NCBI GenBank assembly: GCA_028534125.1
Contig: CM052816.1
Span: 25,050,001-25,114,000 of the forward strand
Source of the DNA: Lama glama
Lineage: Eukaryota
DNA: 64,000 bases
Direction: 5' to 3'
The position numbers and the translations under genes were made by a program. Below are positions 25,200 through 38,996 of the stretch, one piece after another. Under the pieces are notes generated by a model. The model was not told where the DNA came from, ran no database searches, and worked only from the letters and a program-made list of their open reading frames with translations. The stretch's first letter is position 1, and every line of letters starts with the position of its first letter.

Positions 25200-25420
25200 A
25201 ATGATGATGGTGATAGTGATATCACCATAGTGATTGAGAGCTTAGTATGTATCAGATACCGTTCAAAACACTTTAAACTTATTACCAAATATAATCCTCA
25301 GAATACCTCAAAATCCCAATGCACACAAGAGAATTTGAGTAACTTACCCAGTGTGGCACTTTTATTATGTGACAGTGCCAGGCTTTGAACTGAGATCTGC
25401 TGAAAGCAGAGCTGGCACTG
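25200..25420 (-). mobile_element. MIR
   Basis: 'attgagagcttagtatgtatcagatacc...taatcctca...gagtaacttacccagtgtggcac...tttgaactgagatctg'. Confidence 0.7.
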
Positions 25421-26554
25421 TTCAATTAGGTGGAGGCTGGGCTGACTGCTAGAAAGAGGTAGTCTAAATGGATTGGTGACTACCTGATAAAAATAGCACT
25501 TAAGAAAAGCAGATGGAAATTGCCAGGCACTATTACAATTTGTAACTAGGTGATAGATTTGGTCTTGTGATTTTTTTTCCCCCTGCATTCTTGAGTATAG
25601 GGTTGCAGTTTCTATGGTGTCTTAAAAGTGTAAGCAGTGAAACGCAGCTGGTAACTGACTTTAACTATAATTATTGGCCTCTTACCAGTATTTAAAGATG
25701 CATTGCATGGATCAGTGCTTTGAACTTTGCTTTTTAGTTTTTATTAGAGTGTACCATTACTTTCCTAAAGACCTTTTCTTCACCTTTATTTAGATCTTTC
25801 ACTAGTCTATAATTACATGAAACTAAAAATTCTTTATGGATTGATTTCCATAAATTACAAATATGTCATGTGTTATGTTACTAGACAAAAGGTCAGCAAA
25901 CCAATTTGTTACACCAGTAGCACATTTACTAAAGCTTGGACAATGATGCATTTATTGAAAGCCTTCTGGTTTTAACTCTTTAGCCTGGATTTCAACTGAA
26001 ACAAAAATTATACATAAGATGGAATTTAAATCATTGTTACTCATAATAGTTAGGAAATAGCGTAATTTGGGGTAGGCAGTTGAGAATTGGTCTTTGCATG
26101 CAGCACATCTATTTTTAGTTCAATTTTCTGTGATAGAGAATAAATATACAGTATTTTGTAACACCGTAAATACATCAATTCCAAATTAATCCTTTCAGTA
26201 TGAAAACTAATTTCAGTATGTTAAATTATAAGTTTAGTAAAAGGAATACTAGTAGCTTAGTGTTATCTTAACAATAATGGAATATTACACATTATGCAAC
26301 TTGAAAATTAAGCCAAATTCTCCCAGTTCCTTGAGTGGTCCTTAGTAATCAATTAAAAATGAATCCAATAAGATAGGATTTAAATGACACAAATGAGTTT
26401 CAAAGGGTAACTTGTATCCTGTCTGGCAGCAGCTTTCTTGGAACAATATTCATCAAATGCTTTGATATTTTTCCGTTCTGCAAATGTACACGTAAAGACT
26501 TCTGATTCTTCCCTTAAAATTTTCTTTTTTCTGCTTGAAAAATAATTCCTATGT

Positions 26555-27215
26555 CTACAAATAGCATCACATTTTCCCCTTCTCCTGGAGTTGAAATGCT
26601 GTGGTTATCATTGACTTCCCTTCTCCCTTTTTCTGTCACCCAGTGTGATGTCAAGTTCTGCTTTTCTGGTCATGTGTCTCTCTTCATTGTCCTGTTTTTT
26701 TCTTTTGTGCCGGTCTCCTAGATCAGAGATTTTTCTCCCATTTTGATTGTTAACTGGTTTTACCAACCTTCATTCCATAATACATATTGATATCAGATAG
26801 TATTACTGGAACATGGAACTATTCATATCATGCCTTTCCTCAAAATGTTCTATTGCCCACAGGCTGGAGTTCCCAGCACCGTAGTATAAAATTCAGGGTA
26901 TATTACATTCTCATCCCAGCCTACTACATCAAATTTCTCTTTCAACTCTTGATTCTCATGAATTTTACATTTCTTAGATTCTCATTACCCTCAAGTTATG
27001 CCTTGCTCTTCTGTGGTTTTACTTATTTCTGAAATTACCTACTCCCATTTTTGCCCATCAAAATCTTTATTTCACAACTCAGTTTAAATTCTTACCCCAT
27101 GCTCCTGCATAGCAGTTATGATATTACTTATAACCAGTTATTTGTGTATACTTATTATTATTAAAATTATATGTCCATTGTCAGTCATTCTCCACATTAT
27201 CTCCATGGCGTATAT
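26555..27215 (+). mobile_element. Degraded L2
   Basis: Pyrimidine-rich, with L2-like 'gacttcccttctccc...cacccagtgtgatgtcaagttctg' and 'caactcagtttaaattcttacc'. Confidence 0.5.
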
Positions 27216-30200
27216 TTTATGTTCCCTACTTTAAAATAGGTGATAGGCTGAGGCCAAGAATTTAAAAAGCTTCCCAAATTCACATGGCCAGCACTAAGAG
27301 AGCCCACTGCAGCTAGACCAAGTGACTCTAAAGACACAGGACCCTGATAGTCTGTAGCTTTCCATAGCTACTTCCATAACAGACATACATCACCTGATAC
27401 ACACATACACAAACAGTACTACTGCAGTAATATAGATGATAGATACAACTATTGTAATGTTAATTTAGACCCCTTTGGTTTGTCTTAGATTTTTCAGAAA
27501 TATTCTGACCCCTTGTCGGCCAATTAATGGCACATTTAACAATGAGTATATTTTCTCTGTTTTTGAGTACCCTCTTGATGAAGGATACCTGCTGTGCCTT
27601 ACCCTACATACAAAGGAATGAATGCCTCTGAAACTTGAGAGTGTCATCATCAACTTAAGAGTGTTTATTTTTTTCAATACTTAATGGATTCTGTCTTTTG
27701 TGGTTGGACTTAAGGTCCACAGTAGGTTTCTGAGAGTAAATGAAAGAGTCTGACATTGGCATTGAAACAGAGCTGCCCCTGTGCTTTAGGAGGCTTGCTT
27801 TACTTTGAGTGACAACTAGGAGTGACACTGAGTAGTGTACTGGCCACCTGGTGCTGAGGTGGACCTAAGGGGGGGCAGGGTGCTAAGTGACAGAGAATCC
27901 GGGATAGAGGGGAATCACGGGTGGAACAATCAAGCTGTGAGGCCACTCGATTGCCCCTGTGTTCCTCTTCCAATAGAGAATATTTTGTGTGCCTTTTTTT
28001 TTTCCAGTCGTTTTCCTCTCTGCACTCTATTTTGCTAATTAAAATTCTAATCACTCTGACAGCTAGAGGTAGGAGAAAAAAAGTTATTCTTCCATGCTGG
28101 AGAAGGTAATTTCAAGGTGTTTTAGCTGCCAAAGAAACAAATGGCATTAGACAAAGAAGCTAGTTGTCATAGGAGGACAAATGAATTTTGTTTTTCCATT
28201 CTGCCTAAAAATATATGGAACTTTAGCAAAGACAACACATTTCTTTGGGGCATTATAATAATTCTAAGCACATGAAGGTTAAACAGTATGCCTTATTTGC
28301 CTACAGGTAAAGGTTTTCTGGTAAAAATAGTCTTATACATTTGTTCATGTCAAAAATAATTTACTGTTCTTGGGGTAAAATAAAGTACAACATCAAAGGT
28401 TTCACTCAGTCTCTGTGATATGCTGTTTCTGAAAGTGTTTCCTTTTAATCTTTGATTTTCAGATCTTTATTAAACATTTAAGAGACTAGAAATCCATATT
28501 TAGAACAAAGATAAATTTGTGGTATGATTTTTTCCTGATTTAAAAAAATTTTTCTTTAATAAAATTGATATGTTAAATGTTTAATGCCAGCTGGTCCAGA
28601 AGGGTTAAATACAATGGCATCCAATATGTACTTGAAAATGAATTTTCTAGACTGTAGATTTCCTGACAAATTTTCCAACTAAATTAATAACTAGGCTGTA
28701 TTTTGGCTGTGTTTACCAGGGATTCAGAAATAGTGTAAAGTTGGGAGAATGTTTACCAGATAAGCTACTGTCTGAATTGACTGACATTTAACTGATTGCT
28801 TAATTTTACTAAATTAACTGGACATTTGTTAAAATACACTGAATTGGCGGTCTGTTCCAACATTAGTTAAATCTAACTGAGTATATGTTTTTTAAAAAGT
28901 TGCTATGAATCAGCAAGCATCACTGAGTAACCGCTCTAGACATTCAGACACACACACAGGTCTATGCACAACACAAGGCCTCTGTGATTTTGTAATAAGA
29001 TCATTTATTATGTACTATAATTTTCAAAAAGAAGGTACTGGGGGCAATTTATTTCTCAAATTTTCATAGCCTTTAGCCAACTGAGGATTTATTTTTTATT
29101 TATTTATTTTATTTAATTTATTCATTTATTCATTTCATGACCAAAATTAGTGAGGATAAAATTATACTCATTAAATGAAACTTGTATTTAATGATAGTTA
29201 CAACTCCCTTTTAAGTTTAAGTTCATTATTTTTATCTTACCTACATATATCTTTTAAAATCAACTATCTAGTATAATTCTTTATTAAAGTAAATCTTCTA
29301 GGTGTTATTTTATTAATGAGCCAGAGTATGGTTTTTGTTGTTGTTGAACAATTGGTTCACTAAATATATCATCTGATACATAAGAATTTAACAACACAGG
29401 TATCAGAGAGTTCATAGAAACTCACTGCTTTATTTGCATGAACTTCAGGAGTTTTATAGTCATGGAATATCTGAGGAGAGTCCTGTAGGACTCATATGTT
29501 GGTATGAAATATTTAAATCAACAAATGTTCTTTTTTTAATTTGTAAAGTATCACACAATCATGGAAGTATGATTTATTGTTGTGTTCACTCTAAAATGTC
29601 TTTTGGACACAGAGTGCTTTAAAGAGGAGAGCCTAATAGAAATTTCATGTGTGGGAACAATATAGATGCTGGAGCTGGTGGATTGAAAGAGTATGAAAGT
29701 AATCATCAGATTTCCTAAAACAGAAAAAAAAGTCATATTTATAAATTTATGAATATCTATTGGCAATTAGATAAAAATTTAACTTTACAACAGAATATTT
29801 GGTAATCATATCTTAGATCTGTTCATAAATACCTGAGTTGTCCTAATAATTATATAGCATCTCTGAGCCTCAGTTTCCTCATCTATAAAATGAAATCAAT
29901 CATACCATCTCCCAAACAATAGCTATGAGCTACCTGTTATTTTTATATCTCAGTTATGAATGAATACAAATAAGGCATGCATTAGCTATTTTGCTAAAAA
30001 CCTGGATCACTTACAGGTTTTTGTGAATAATTATGATGAACTTTTGTAGCTATTATTGGTTACAGACTTTCATACTAATAATTGAGAGAGACAAGGATGA
30101 ACAAGGCAGCATCACTGACTTCAAAAATCATTTAATAGTACAGATAGCTATGCACACAAATAATTTAATAAATGGGAGAGGTAGTGAGTAGCCGCTGAAT

Positions 30201-31209
30201 AGGGAACAATCTAATTTGTATATTATAAATGCAAATAATTGTGTTATTGTTTGCCTGCTGCCATTCTTATCCCAATAGTTAATTTTAATATTACCTGGGA
30301 GTCCAACATGGTCATGCACCTTAAGTCACATTAATGAGCTTGCCTACTCAACCTGTTATCCCAATCAGTTCATATATTTGCAGATGCTTCAACATGACTT
30401 CTGAGCATCAAGGGGAAGGTAACTGTATAATTTTCTTCTAAACCAGGAGCCACTAAGATTTCCCTAAATCAGAACAGTTGGAGAGCAAAAGGGGAACCAT
30501 AATAATCATGCTGAAACAGCAGTCAAAAAATATAAAATCAGAATTTATAATTACCTTACCCATAGTCCATCCTTTGGGGTTAATGATGGTGACTTTCAAT
30601 CTAGTTTCAGCCCACCTCCTAGCTCAGCCTAAACTCTTATTTCTGGCATTTCTCCAGCCCTTTGAATTTGACTTTGTGTTTGGTCAGCCTAGACTCTGCC
30701 TCAAAGGGCCTGCCTCCCCTAACTCCTGTGCTTTTGAGGCACCATAGTCTATTGCAGAAGACACTGAACCTCATTCCAATTTCTTGGCTCTGATCCCTAT
30801 CCTTAGTGTGTTTCACCACTAAGGTCTAGCCAAGTCCACAGTGCTATGGAGTAAAGCATCATTTGAGTATCAGATCTAGGACTCAAGAAAATGCTTCATG
30901 AAAGCTCTCTGATTTATTAAGAATGGGAAACTAGTTTACTTATGCATACAAAAATCTGATGGTAAAGATTTTTGTGTGTTAGAACCAAACATCCAATTTT
31001 GGGTACTATCAATAGGCAAATATTGTTATTATTCACAGATGTCTTCCTATTGATAAATTTTATATTGAAAAAAAGTAGTTATGTTATTTCTAAAAATCCC
31101 CTCAGTAATTGAAATATTTACATTTTGCTATCACCTGTTTATAACATTGTCCTGAGTACTCAATACAAGTGGTTTAATTTGATGCATACTATGATATGGC
31201 AAACAGAGA

Positions 31210-31345
31210 AAGATAAGAGCTTTGATCTGAATTCTTTTATCTATTTCCTGTATGACCTTGAATAAGTTGTTTAACATCTTTGAACCTCAATTTTCAACTG
31301 AGGTGTAAGGATACTAATAACTATCCATTAGTATCTTTGTGGAAA
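31210..31345 (+). mobile_element. MIR
   Basis: 'ctgtatgaccttgaataagttgtttaacatctttgaacctcaattttc'. Confidence 0.65.
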
Positions 31346-31425
31346 GAAATGCTAAAAATAAATATTTGAGTTTTATCTCCCTCCTTTCTTTTGGCATTTC
31401 TATCTGACTGACTGTGGGGTTTTCT

Positions 31426-32440
31426 TTCCTTTTTTTTTTTTTTCCATTATAGTTGATTTACAACTTTGTGTTAGTTTCTGGTGTGTAACATAGTGACTCA
31501 AATATGTATATATATTCTTTTTCATTACAGATTATTACAAGGTATTAAATATAGTTCCCTGTGCTATACAGTAGGAATTTGCTATTTATCTCTTTTATCT
31601 ATAGTAGTTTGTGTCTGCTAATCCCACACTCCTAATTTATCCCTACCCCCATCCCTTTTCCCCTTTGATGACTATAAGTTTGTTTTCTATGTCTGTGAGT
31701 CTGTTTCTGTTCTGTAAATAAGTTCATTTGTATCATTTTTTAGATTCCACATGTAAATGATATCATATGATATTTGTCTTTCTCATTCTGACTTACTTCA
31801 CTTAGTGTGATAATCCCTAGGTCCTTTCATGTTGCTGCAAATGACATTATTTTCATTCTTTTTATGGTTGAATACTACTTTCCATTGTGTATATATATAC
31901 CTCATCTTCTTTATCAGTTCATCTGTCGATAGACATTTAGGTTGCTTCCATGTATTAGCTCTTGTAAATAGTATAGCTAGGAATATTGGGGTGCATGTAT
32001 CTTTTCAAATTAGAGTTTTTGTCCAGATATATGCCCAGGAGTGGGATTGCTCAATCATATGGTAAATCTATTTTTAGTTTTTTAAGGAACCTCCGTACTG
32101 TTTTCCATAGTGGCTGCACCAAATTATATTCCCACCAACAGTGTAAGAAGGTTCCCTTTTCTCTACACCCTCTTCAGCATTTATTGTTTGTGGCCTTTGA
32201 ATGGCAGCCATTCTAACTGGTGTGAGGTGATACCTCATTGTAGTTTCAATTTGCATTTCTCTGATAATTAGCAATGTTGAGCATCTTTTCTTGGGCCTAC
32301 TGACCATCTGTATGTTGCGTTTGGAGAAATGTCTATTTAGGTCTTCAGCCCATTTTTTGTTTGGATTGTTTTGTTTTTTCTGTTTGTTTGTTATTGAGTT
32401 GTATGAGATGTTTGTATATTCTGGAAATTAAGCCCTTGTT
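31426..32440 (-). mobile_element. 5'-truncated young LINE-1 with degenerate target-site duplication
   Basis: Poly(T) tail at 31430; ORF 32074-32307(-) contains [28 protein letters not shown] (ORF2). Flanks TGACTGACTGTGGGGTTTTCT (31405-31425) and TGACTGACTATGTTTCT (32441-32457). Confidence 0.95.
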
Positions 32441-33569
32441 TGACTGACTATGTTTCTAGCTCATCTATCTCTCAGTTGACTAATCGATTAATTTGTCTAT
32501 CGATCTATCCATTGAGGGGGAACAGCCTCATGTAGCTGGACATTGTTTATATTATGTGTTTTTTCCCCATATATTCTTCCAGAAGTCATGCACCAGTGAC
32601 AGCTTTCTCTACACATGGGCCCCAGAGAAAGGACTGGGGCAGTTGAAAACAAACCAATCATTGCTCTAGCTCACCTTTGAGTTTCAGGAGTCTTTTCACC
32701 CCCTTCTTTTAGTATAGCAGAGCAAACAAACGAGTAATCTTGAAATACAAATTTTCAATGATATAAATCAGGACTTTGAGAGAAACTCTCTACATTCTGA
32801 AAGTAAAACAGCGTAATCATCCTTGATATCAAGAACCAAAGTCTACTGTACTAAGAACATGGAACTTACGAAAATTAAATACACATGTGGTAGTAAAGAT
32901 GCAGGATATAACATGACAGCACTTTATACTTTTTCCTTCTTAGAATGAGATAGAATTAGATATGAGTTGTTAAGAGGAAAAGTTCTAGAGGAGAACCTTT
33001 GAGAGCTCCCAACTCTGCCTTTCCTCAGAGTTGAAATCCTAGCAGATGGTGGGGAAAGGGGTGTTGAGGAAATGGTGATGGGTGAATAACTCCATGATGT
33101 TTGGGACTCTGAAGCAGAAAGGACTCAAGGTCTGTTTCCTGACTAGGATTCTAGGAGGATTCAAGCTTGTATAGCACCCAGTAGCACTATGGGAGTCTTC
33201 AGAAGAGGGCAAATGGGGTCCAGAACAAGGAGGCCTGACATGATCACTGTCTTCCTTTGTTTCAGCCTAGTTAGGAGGAAATAAGGAAAAACTCCTTATG
33301 ACCACCAGAGAGGAGGGAGGAAGAAATCCCTAGCTAGTCCCCAAGATGTGAAGCATAGTTTTTCCACAAGAGACGCTACAAATACACGGCAGACATGGCC
33401 AAGTTTCAGATGATCAGCAGTGCAGGTGAGAACTGATTTGGGAGCCTATTAACATGTGTGGTCTATGTTGAGATATTCCAGGGGGAGAGGAGCTAAGGGC
33501 AGAAGGACAAGCTGCCTCCCTGAAAGCCTGGAAGGACTGGACAGCCTGAAACCTAATACTTCTCCCCAA

Positions 33570-34110
33570 CAACCTGATGTTACTTTCAGCTCTATGTGAT
33601 TTGGTTCCTTCTGATTTCTCCATCTGCTGCTACTCTCCTGAGTCTAATCTAGCCGTATAGTTTCTTATTCTTCTTCAAACATCAAAGAGTCATTCCTCCT
33701 CAGGCCCTTGCAGGCTGTTCTCTCTGCTAAAAATGCTCTTCCTTCAGATCTTCACAACTACATCATCAAAATTCACTCACATCTCAAATCTCCATTCAAA
33801 TCTTTCTTCAAAACTCAAATGTTCCTGTCTTAAATATTGTTCCCAGATCATTTTTTCTAAAATAGTCCCTCCTTTGTTATCCTTGCTGTCCCTTTACCCT
33901 GCTTTATTTTCTTTGTACTGCTTATTACTATCTAAAATTATATTATATACTTTTGTGTATATTGTGTATGTGTGTCCCAACTGGAATAGGAGTCTGTGAG
34001 GACAAGGCTGTCATAGGTCTCCTTCATGTATACATCTCTAGTGTCTAGCATATAACAGGTTTTCAATTAATGCTAGTTGAAGGGGTATGTAAATGAGTAA
34101 ATGAATTTCC
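33570..34110 (+). mobile_element. L2 3' region
   Basis: 'cattcctcctcaggcccttgca...aatgctcttccttcagatct...tgtgaggacaagg...tagcatataacagg...gtaaatgaat'. Confidence 0.75.
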
Positions 34111-34881
34111 CCTACACAAAGATATATCCTAGAAAAAAGGAAGCAGAATAAGTAGAAATTTTAATAGGCTGGGTATTTACTGAAAGAGTTAATTAAATGA
34201 CTAAAAAAATCAGAAGTGAGCAGGTTGCTTTTAATGGGTGACATTTTTATAGTCTACCGACACTCTGACATGCAAACACATTCCTACCTTCCCTCTGCAG
34301 ACCAGAATATGGGATTCACATGCAAGCTAAATTGCAGGAAAATGAAGTTTCTTTCCTGAATATCTGAATTGTAACTATGTATTTTAAGTCTCTCTATCTA
34401 CATTTTTATTGTCAGTGCTGATAAATTGTACATTTGAAATAATTTCTGTTTCTGTTAGTATCTTATCAAAAATTATAGCCTCATTTACAAAAACTTCTTG
34501 GACATATTTATTAGTGGTGAAGAAAACAATTTTTTGATATTTTAGCTAGAGCATAGTTACATACGCACACCATATGAAGTATTTTGCTATTGAACAAAGT
34601 TTTTTTCATGTTTAAAATGTTTTATCAATAGTGATGTGACATTAAAAAGTTTATAAAGAATTGCTTTAAGCTAAAATAGTAGAAGGGACCATTTAATAAT
34701 ACAGGTCTGTGACTATTACTATCTCTACCTGGACTATAGGCCATTTAAACCCAAAGAATAGGAAGAATTGAGCAGAATTTGAAAATGAACAGGAGATTTA
34801 CTACAAATAAAAAAAATTCCGAAGACTAATTGCCTTCCTTTGAGGAGTTAGGCATGATAGTTAAAAATTCAAGTTCTATAG

Positions 34882-35925
34882 TTTTCTTTTTTATACATTT
34901 TATTTCATTATTTTAAAAAACTTAAAATATTTTTTACATTTTAAAGGTTACTTTCCATTTAGAGTTATTACAAAATATTGGCTATATTTGCTGTGTTGTA
35001 CAATATATTCTTACGTCCAATAGTTTGTTCCTCTCCCCCTCCACCCCTTTACTGTGACTCCACTCCTCCCCTCTCGTAACCATTAGTTTGTTCTCTGTAT
35101 CTGTATCTACTTCTTTTGTTGTTATATTCACCAGTTTGTTGTATTTTTTAGATTCCACATATAAGTGATATACAGTATTTGTCTTTCTGTATGACTCATT
35201 TTATTTAACATAATGCCCTCCAAGTCCATCCATGTTGCTGCAAATGGCAACATTTTGTTCTGTTTTATAACTGTTATGTGTATATACATATACATGTATG
35301 TGTATATACATATACTACGTCTTCTTTATCCATTCATCTGTTGATGGACACTTGGGTTGCTTCCGTATCTTGGCTATTGTAAATAATGCTGCTATGAACA
35401 TTGGGGTGCATGTTTCATTTGTGAATTAGTGTTTTTGTTTTTTTCAGGTGTATACCCAGGAGTGGTATTGCTAGGTCATATGGTAGTTCTCTTTTTAGTT
35501 TTCTGAGAAACCTCCATACTGTTTTCCACAGGGGCTGCACCAATTTACATTCCCACCAACAGTGTATGAGGGTTCCTTTTTCTCCACTTCCTCACCAACA
35601 TTTGTTATTTGTATTCTTTTTGAAGATAGCTATTCTGACAGGTGTGAGGCGATACCTCATTGTGGTTTTGATTTGCATTTCTCTAATAACTAGTGATGTT
35701 GAGCATCTTTTTACGTACCTGTTTGGGGAAATGTCTATACAATTCTGCCCATTTTTAAAATTGTTTGTTTTTTGATGTTAAGTTGTATGAGCTGTTTATA
35801 TATGTCAGATATTCATCCCTTATGAGTCATATCATTTGCAAAGATTTACTCCCATTGAGTAGGTTATCTTTTTGTTTTATAGATTATTTCCTTTGCTGTA
35901 CAAAAGTTTTACATTTAATGAGGCC
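34882..35925 (-). mobile_element. 5'-truncated LINE-1 (different 3' UTR subfamily)
   Basis: 3' UTR 'ttttaaaggttactttccatttagagttattacaaaatattggctata', then ORF2 C-terminal sequence 'ggtcatatggtagttct...ctgacaggtgtgaggcgatacctcattgtgg'. Confidence 0.93.
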
Positions 35926-36779
35926 TCTCAACAAAGTTAGTAAGGTGTCTGAGCAGACCCTTTATGCTTGGAGCTATATATGTGAGTTTGAACTCACTAG
36001 TTTTTCTCTCTCAAATTCATAGCACTTTCCTAAATAGCTAGTTTGTCAGACCTAATCAGGATTTTGTACTTAGCCGAAGCAATTAGTACTTAGTCTCTGT
36101 TATTATTCCCAACTCCTGCAAATTGCAGATAATAAACGAATAAATTCTATTTGGTACTGGAAATTATTTTCCATTGCCGTCAGTGGACCAGACTCATTAA
36201 ACAAATGAGATCAAGGTGATCATAAAATTATAGCTGAAAGTATCCTCAAAAGAAAACTGCAGGAAAGATTCAGGGAAAGATTAAGGTTAAAAGGGAGCAG
36301 AAGGTGCCTCCAGAACAGCTGTCAGAATAGTTATTTATATATCTTCAAGGTATCGGGAAAACTAGGCCCTGCCCGTATCACAATTCCTACATTGAGTATT
36401 TGCCTCCAGGCTGAAACTTGAGCACCACACTTTATAGAATGTGACCTTCCTGGCTAGCGAGGGTGCTTTGTATTAACATTAGATTCTGTAAGAGTTTCGG
36501 GTAACTCAGGACTATCAGTGAAGACCTGAAGTAGGAAAAAAAGGCAATTTTTTTTGAAAAGCAAACTGGACTCATTTTCCTCAATGCCAGAGGAAATCTC
36601 TGCTCATTTTGGCAGCTAGTGGGGAGAAAAACTGTCTGCTTGATTCAGGCCACAGGACTTTTGAGTGAATTCTGGCAATCAGCAAGTCAGACCACTTTGA
36701 AAGCATTTGTGGACAGTATCCTCATCTCAACAGAGATATGCTGAGGAAATAAAACTAAACAATTTTAGAGGAAATCCAC

Positions 36780-37510
36780 ACCAACTATGGATATAAATTA
36801 GCCTTAAAATTCTCTCATACATATGAATGTAAAAGCAAGATATTGGAAGAAAAAGCAACAGCATGGAATCAAAACAAAATAAACAATGAGACCAAATTAG
36901 TTTGGAGCAAACATATAATTCAAGGAAAAAGGACTTCTGAAAATTCTTGTAAGTACACTCAGAGGAAAAAATCAAGAGGGTGTGCTATTCAAGAACAGGA
37001 ATTTGCAAAATAGAAAAAAAATCAAAGAATACATTTGTTGGAAAATAAACATGATTTCAAATATAATCCAACAGAAGGGCTGAATAAAGTATTTGATTTC
37101 ACTGAAGACTGTATTAGTGATACATAAGATGAAGTCAGGGATGTCTCCCAAGATATGCAGCAAGAAGACAGAAAGATGGAAATTGTGAGGGCCATGATAA
37201 TTTTCACAGTAGTTTTAAAAATGATTAAATAGTAAATTCAGGAAGAGAGACAATCAAGGCCAAATTGAAGGAGAATTTTTCAAAGATTAAAATAATCATG
37301 AATGCTGAGTTCAAAAGGCCCACTGGCTGGGTTAGCAAAATTCATGAAAGAACAAAAACAAATCCTGAAATCTTTCAGAACCCCACCAATAAACAAAAAA
37401 TCCTTAGTGCTTTCATAAAAATGGGAAAGGGAAATAAATCTACTCTCAAAGAAAGAGAATCAATGTGGTATCAAATGCTTTATAGAAAATAAGGGGAAGT
37501 ATCATAGAAT
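36780..37510 (+). mobile_element. Old L1M/HAL1-like ORF1 remnant
   Basis: A-rich plus strand. ORF 37265-37492 (ENFSKIK...EFKRPT...EIFQNPTNKQKILSAF) resembles decayed L1 ORF1 (ENFPEL...IERAH...KEKILKA). Confidence 0.6.
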
Positions 37511-37524
37511 AAGTTCAAGAAAGG

Positions 37525-38800
37525 TATTTTTGTTCATCTCTAATCTGTTTTGTATTCTTCCTTCTGCTAGCTTTGGGTTTAGTTTCCTCCTTTTTGAAAA
37601 TTGAGTTTAGATTTTTTTCCCATAGTTTCTTAGGTTATAAAGTTAGGTTTCTGACTTGAGGTCTTTCTTCTTTTTTAATGTAAGCATTTATAGCTCTAAA
37701 TTTCCCTGTTAACACTGCTTTCAGAGCATTGCAGAAGTTTTGGTGTGTTTTGTTTTCATTTTCATTTTTCTCAATATATTTTATAGTTTTTCTTGGAATT
37801 TCTTTGACCCTTTGGTTGTTTAAAAATGTGTTGTATTATTTCCACATTTTAGTGGATCTTTCAGTTTTCCTTCCTCTGTTGACATCTAGCTTCATTTCAT
37901 TGTAAACAAAAAAGGTACTTTGTATGATTTTATCCTTTTAAAATTTACTAAGACTTGTTTTGTGGCCTGTCATATAGCTTGTCCTGGATAATGTTCCATA
38001 TACACTTGAGAAAAATGTATTTTCTGTTGTTGATGGATAGGGTGTTCTATATAGGTCTGTTAATGTCTGTTTAGATTATAGTGTTGTGTAAGTACTCTAT
38101 TTCCATACTAACCTTATGTCTGGTTGCTCTATTCACTATTGAAAGTGGCATATTAATGTATCCCATTATTTTTATAGATATTTCTTCCTTCAGTTCTGTC
38201 AGTGTTTATTTTGGATAGATAGGGATTCTTATGTTTTTGACTTAAGGTCTATTTATCTGCTATTAGGATAGCTAGCCTATGCTCCTTCTTGGTTCCTATT
38301 TGCATGGAATATTTTTTCCATCTTTTCATTTTCAAGTTATGCCTGTCCTTGGATCTACAGTGAGTCTCTTGTATGCAGCATATGGTTGGATCCTTTTTTT
38401 AATTCATACAGTTAAATGTCTTGATTTAGGGGTAAGGATTTTTCCATTTACATTTACTGTAATTACTGATAGAGAAGCCATACTAATGCGATTAAAAAAT
38501 TTTTCTGTATGTCTTATAGCTTTTGTCTTTTTTCTCCTTCACTGCTTTCCTTTGAGTTTAGTTGATTTTTGTAGGGTATGGGGACTCACTTTCATTTCCT
38601 TCTCATTTTCTTTTGTGTATATTTTATAGATATTTTCTTTGTGGTTACGATGAGGATTACATAAAATATCTTAAAGTTAATAATAATCTGCTTTAAACAT
38701 ATCAATTTAATGTCATTCTCATATAAAACTCTTTATATCTCAGCTACTCTTTATATTATTGATCTCACAAATTACATCTTTATATGTTATGTGCTGATTA
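37525..38800 (-). mobile_element. Old L1M fragment (ORF2 endonuclease and inter-ORF region)
   Basis: 'ttctgctagctttgggtttagtt...gcatttatagctctaaatttccctgttaacactgcttt...tttgcatggaatatttt' is antisense L1 ORF2 5' region. Confidence 0.85.
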
Positions 38801-38996
38801 GTCTTGGTGAACCAGGAGATTTTCACTTTTTATTATATATGCTTCTGTATTGTTTGAATGTATTGCTTAATTTTTTTGGTGTAAAATAAATAAAAGCATG
38901 TTTAATCACATAATCAGCTTGGAATAATCTGACAATCTATCCACAAAGGTGATTTTTTTCCTTGTCATTAGTATGGCTGAAAGGACCAAGGTACTA

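Noticed and set aside
28575..28890. Possible piggyBac-like end (AGGGTTAA) and Tigger-like AACTG repeats
   Set aside because: No matching second terminus or TSD; similarity too weak to call.
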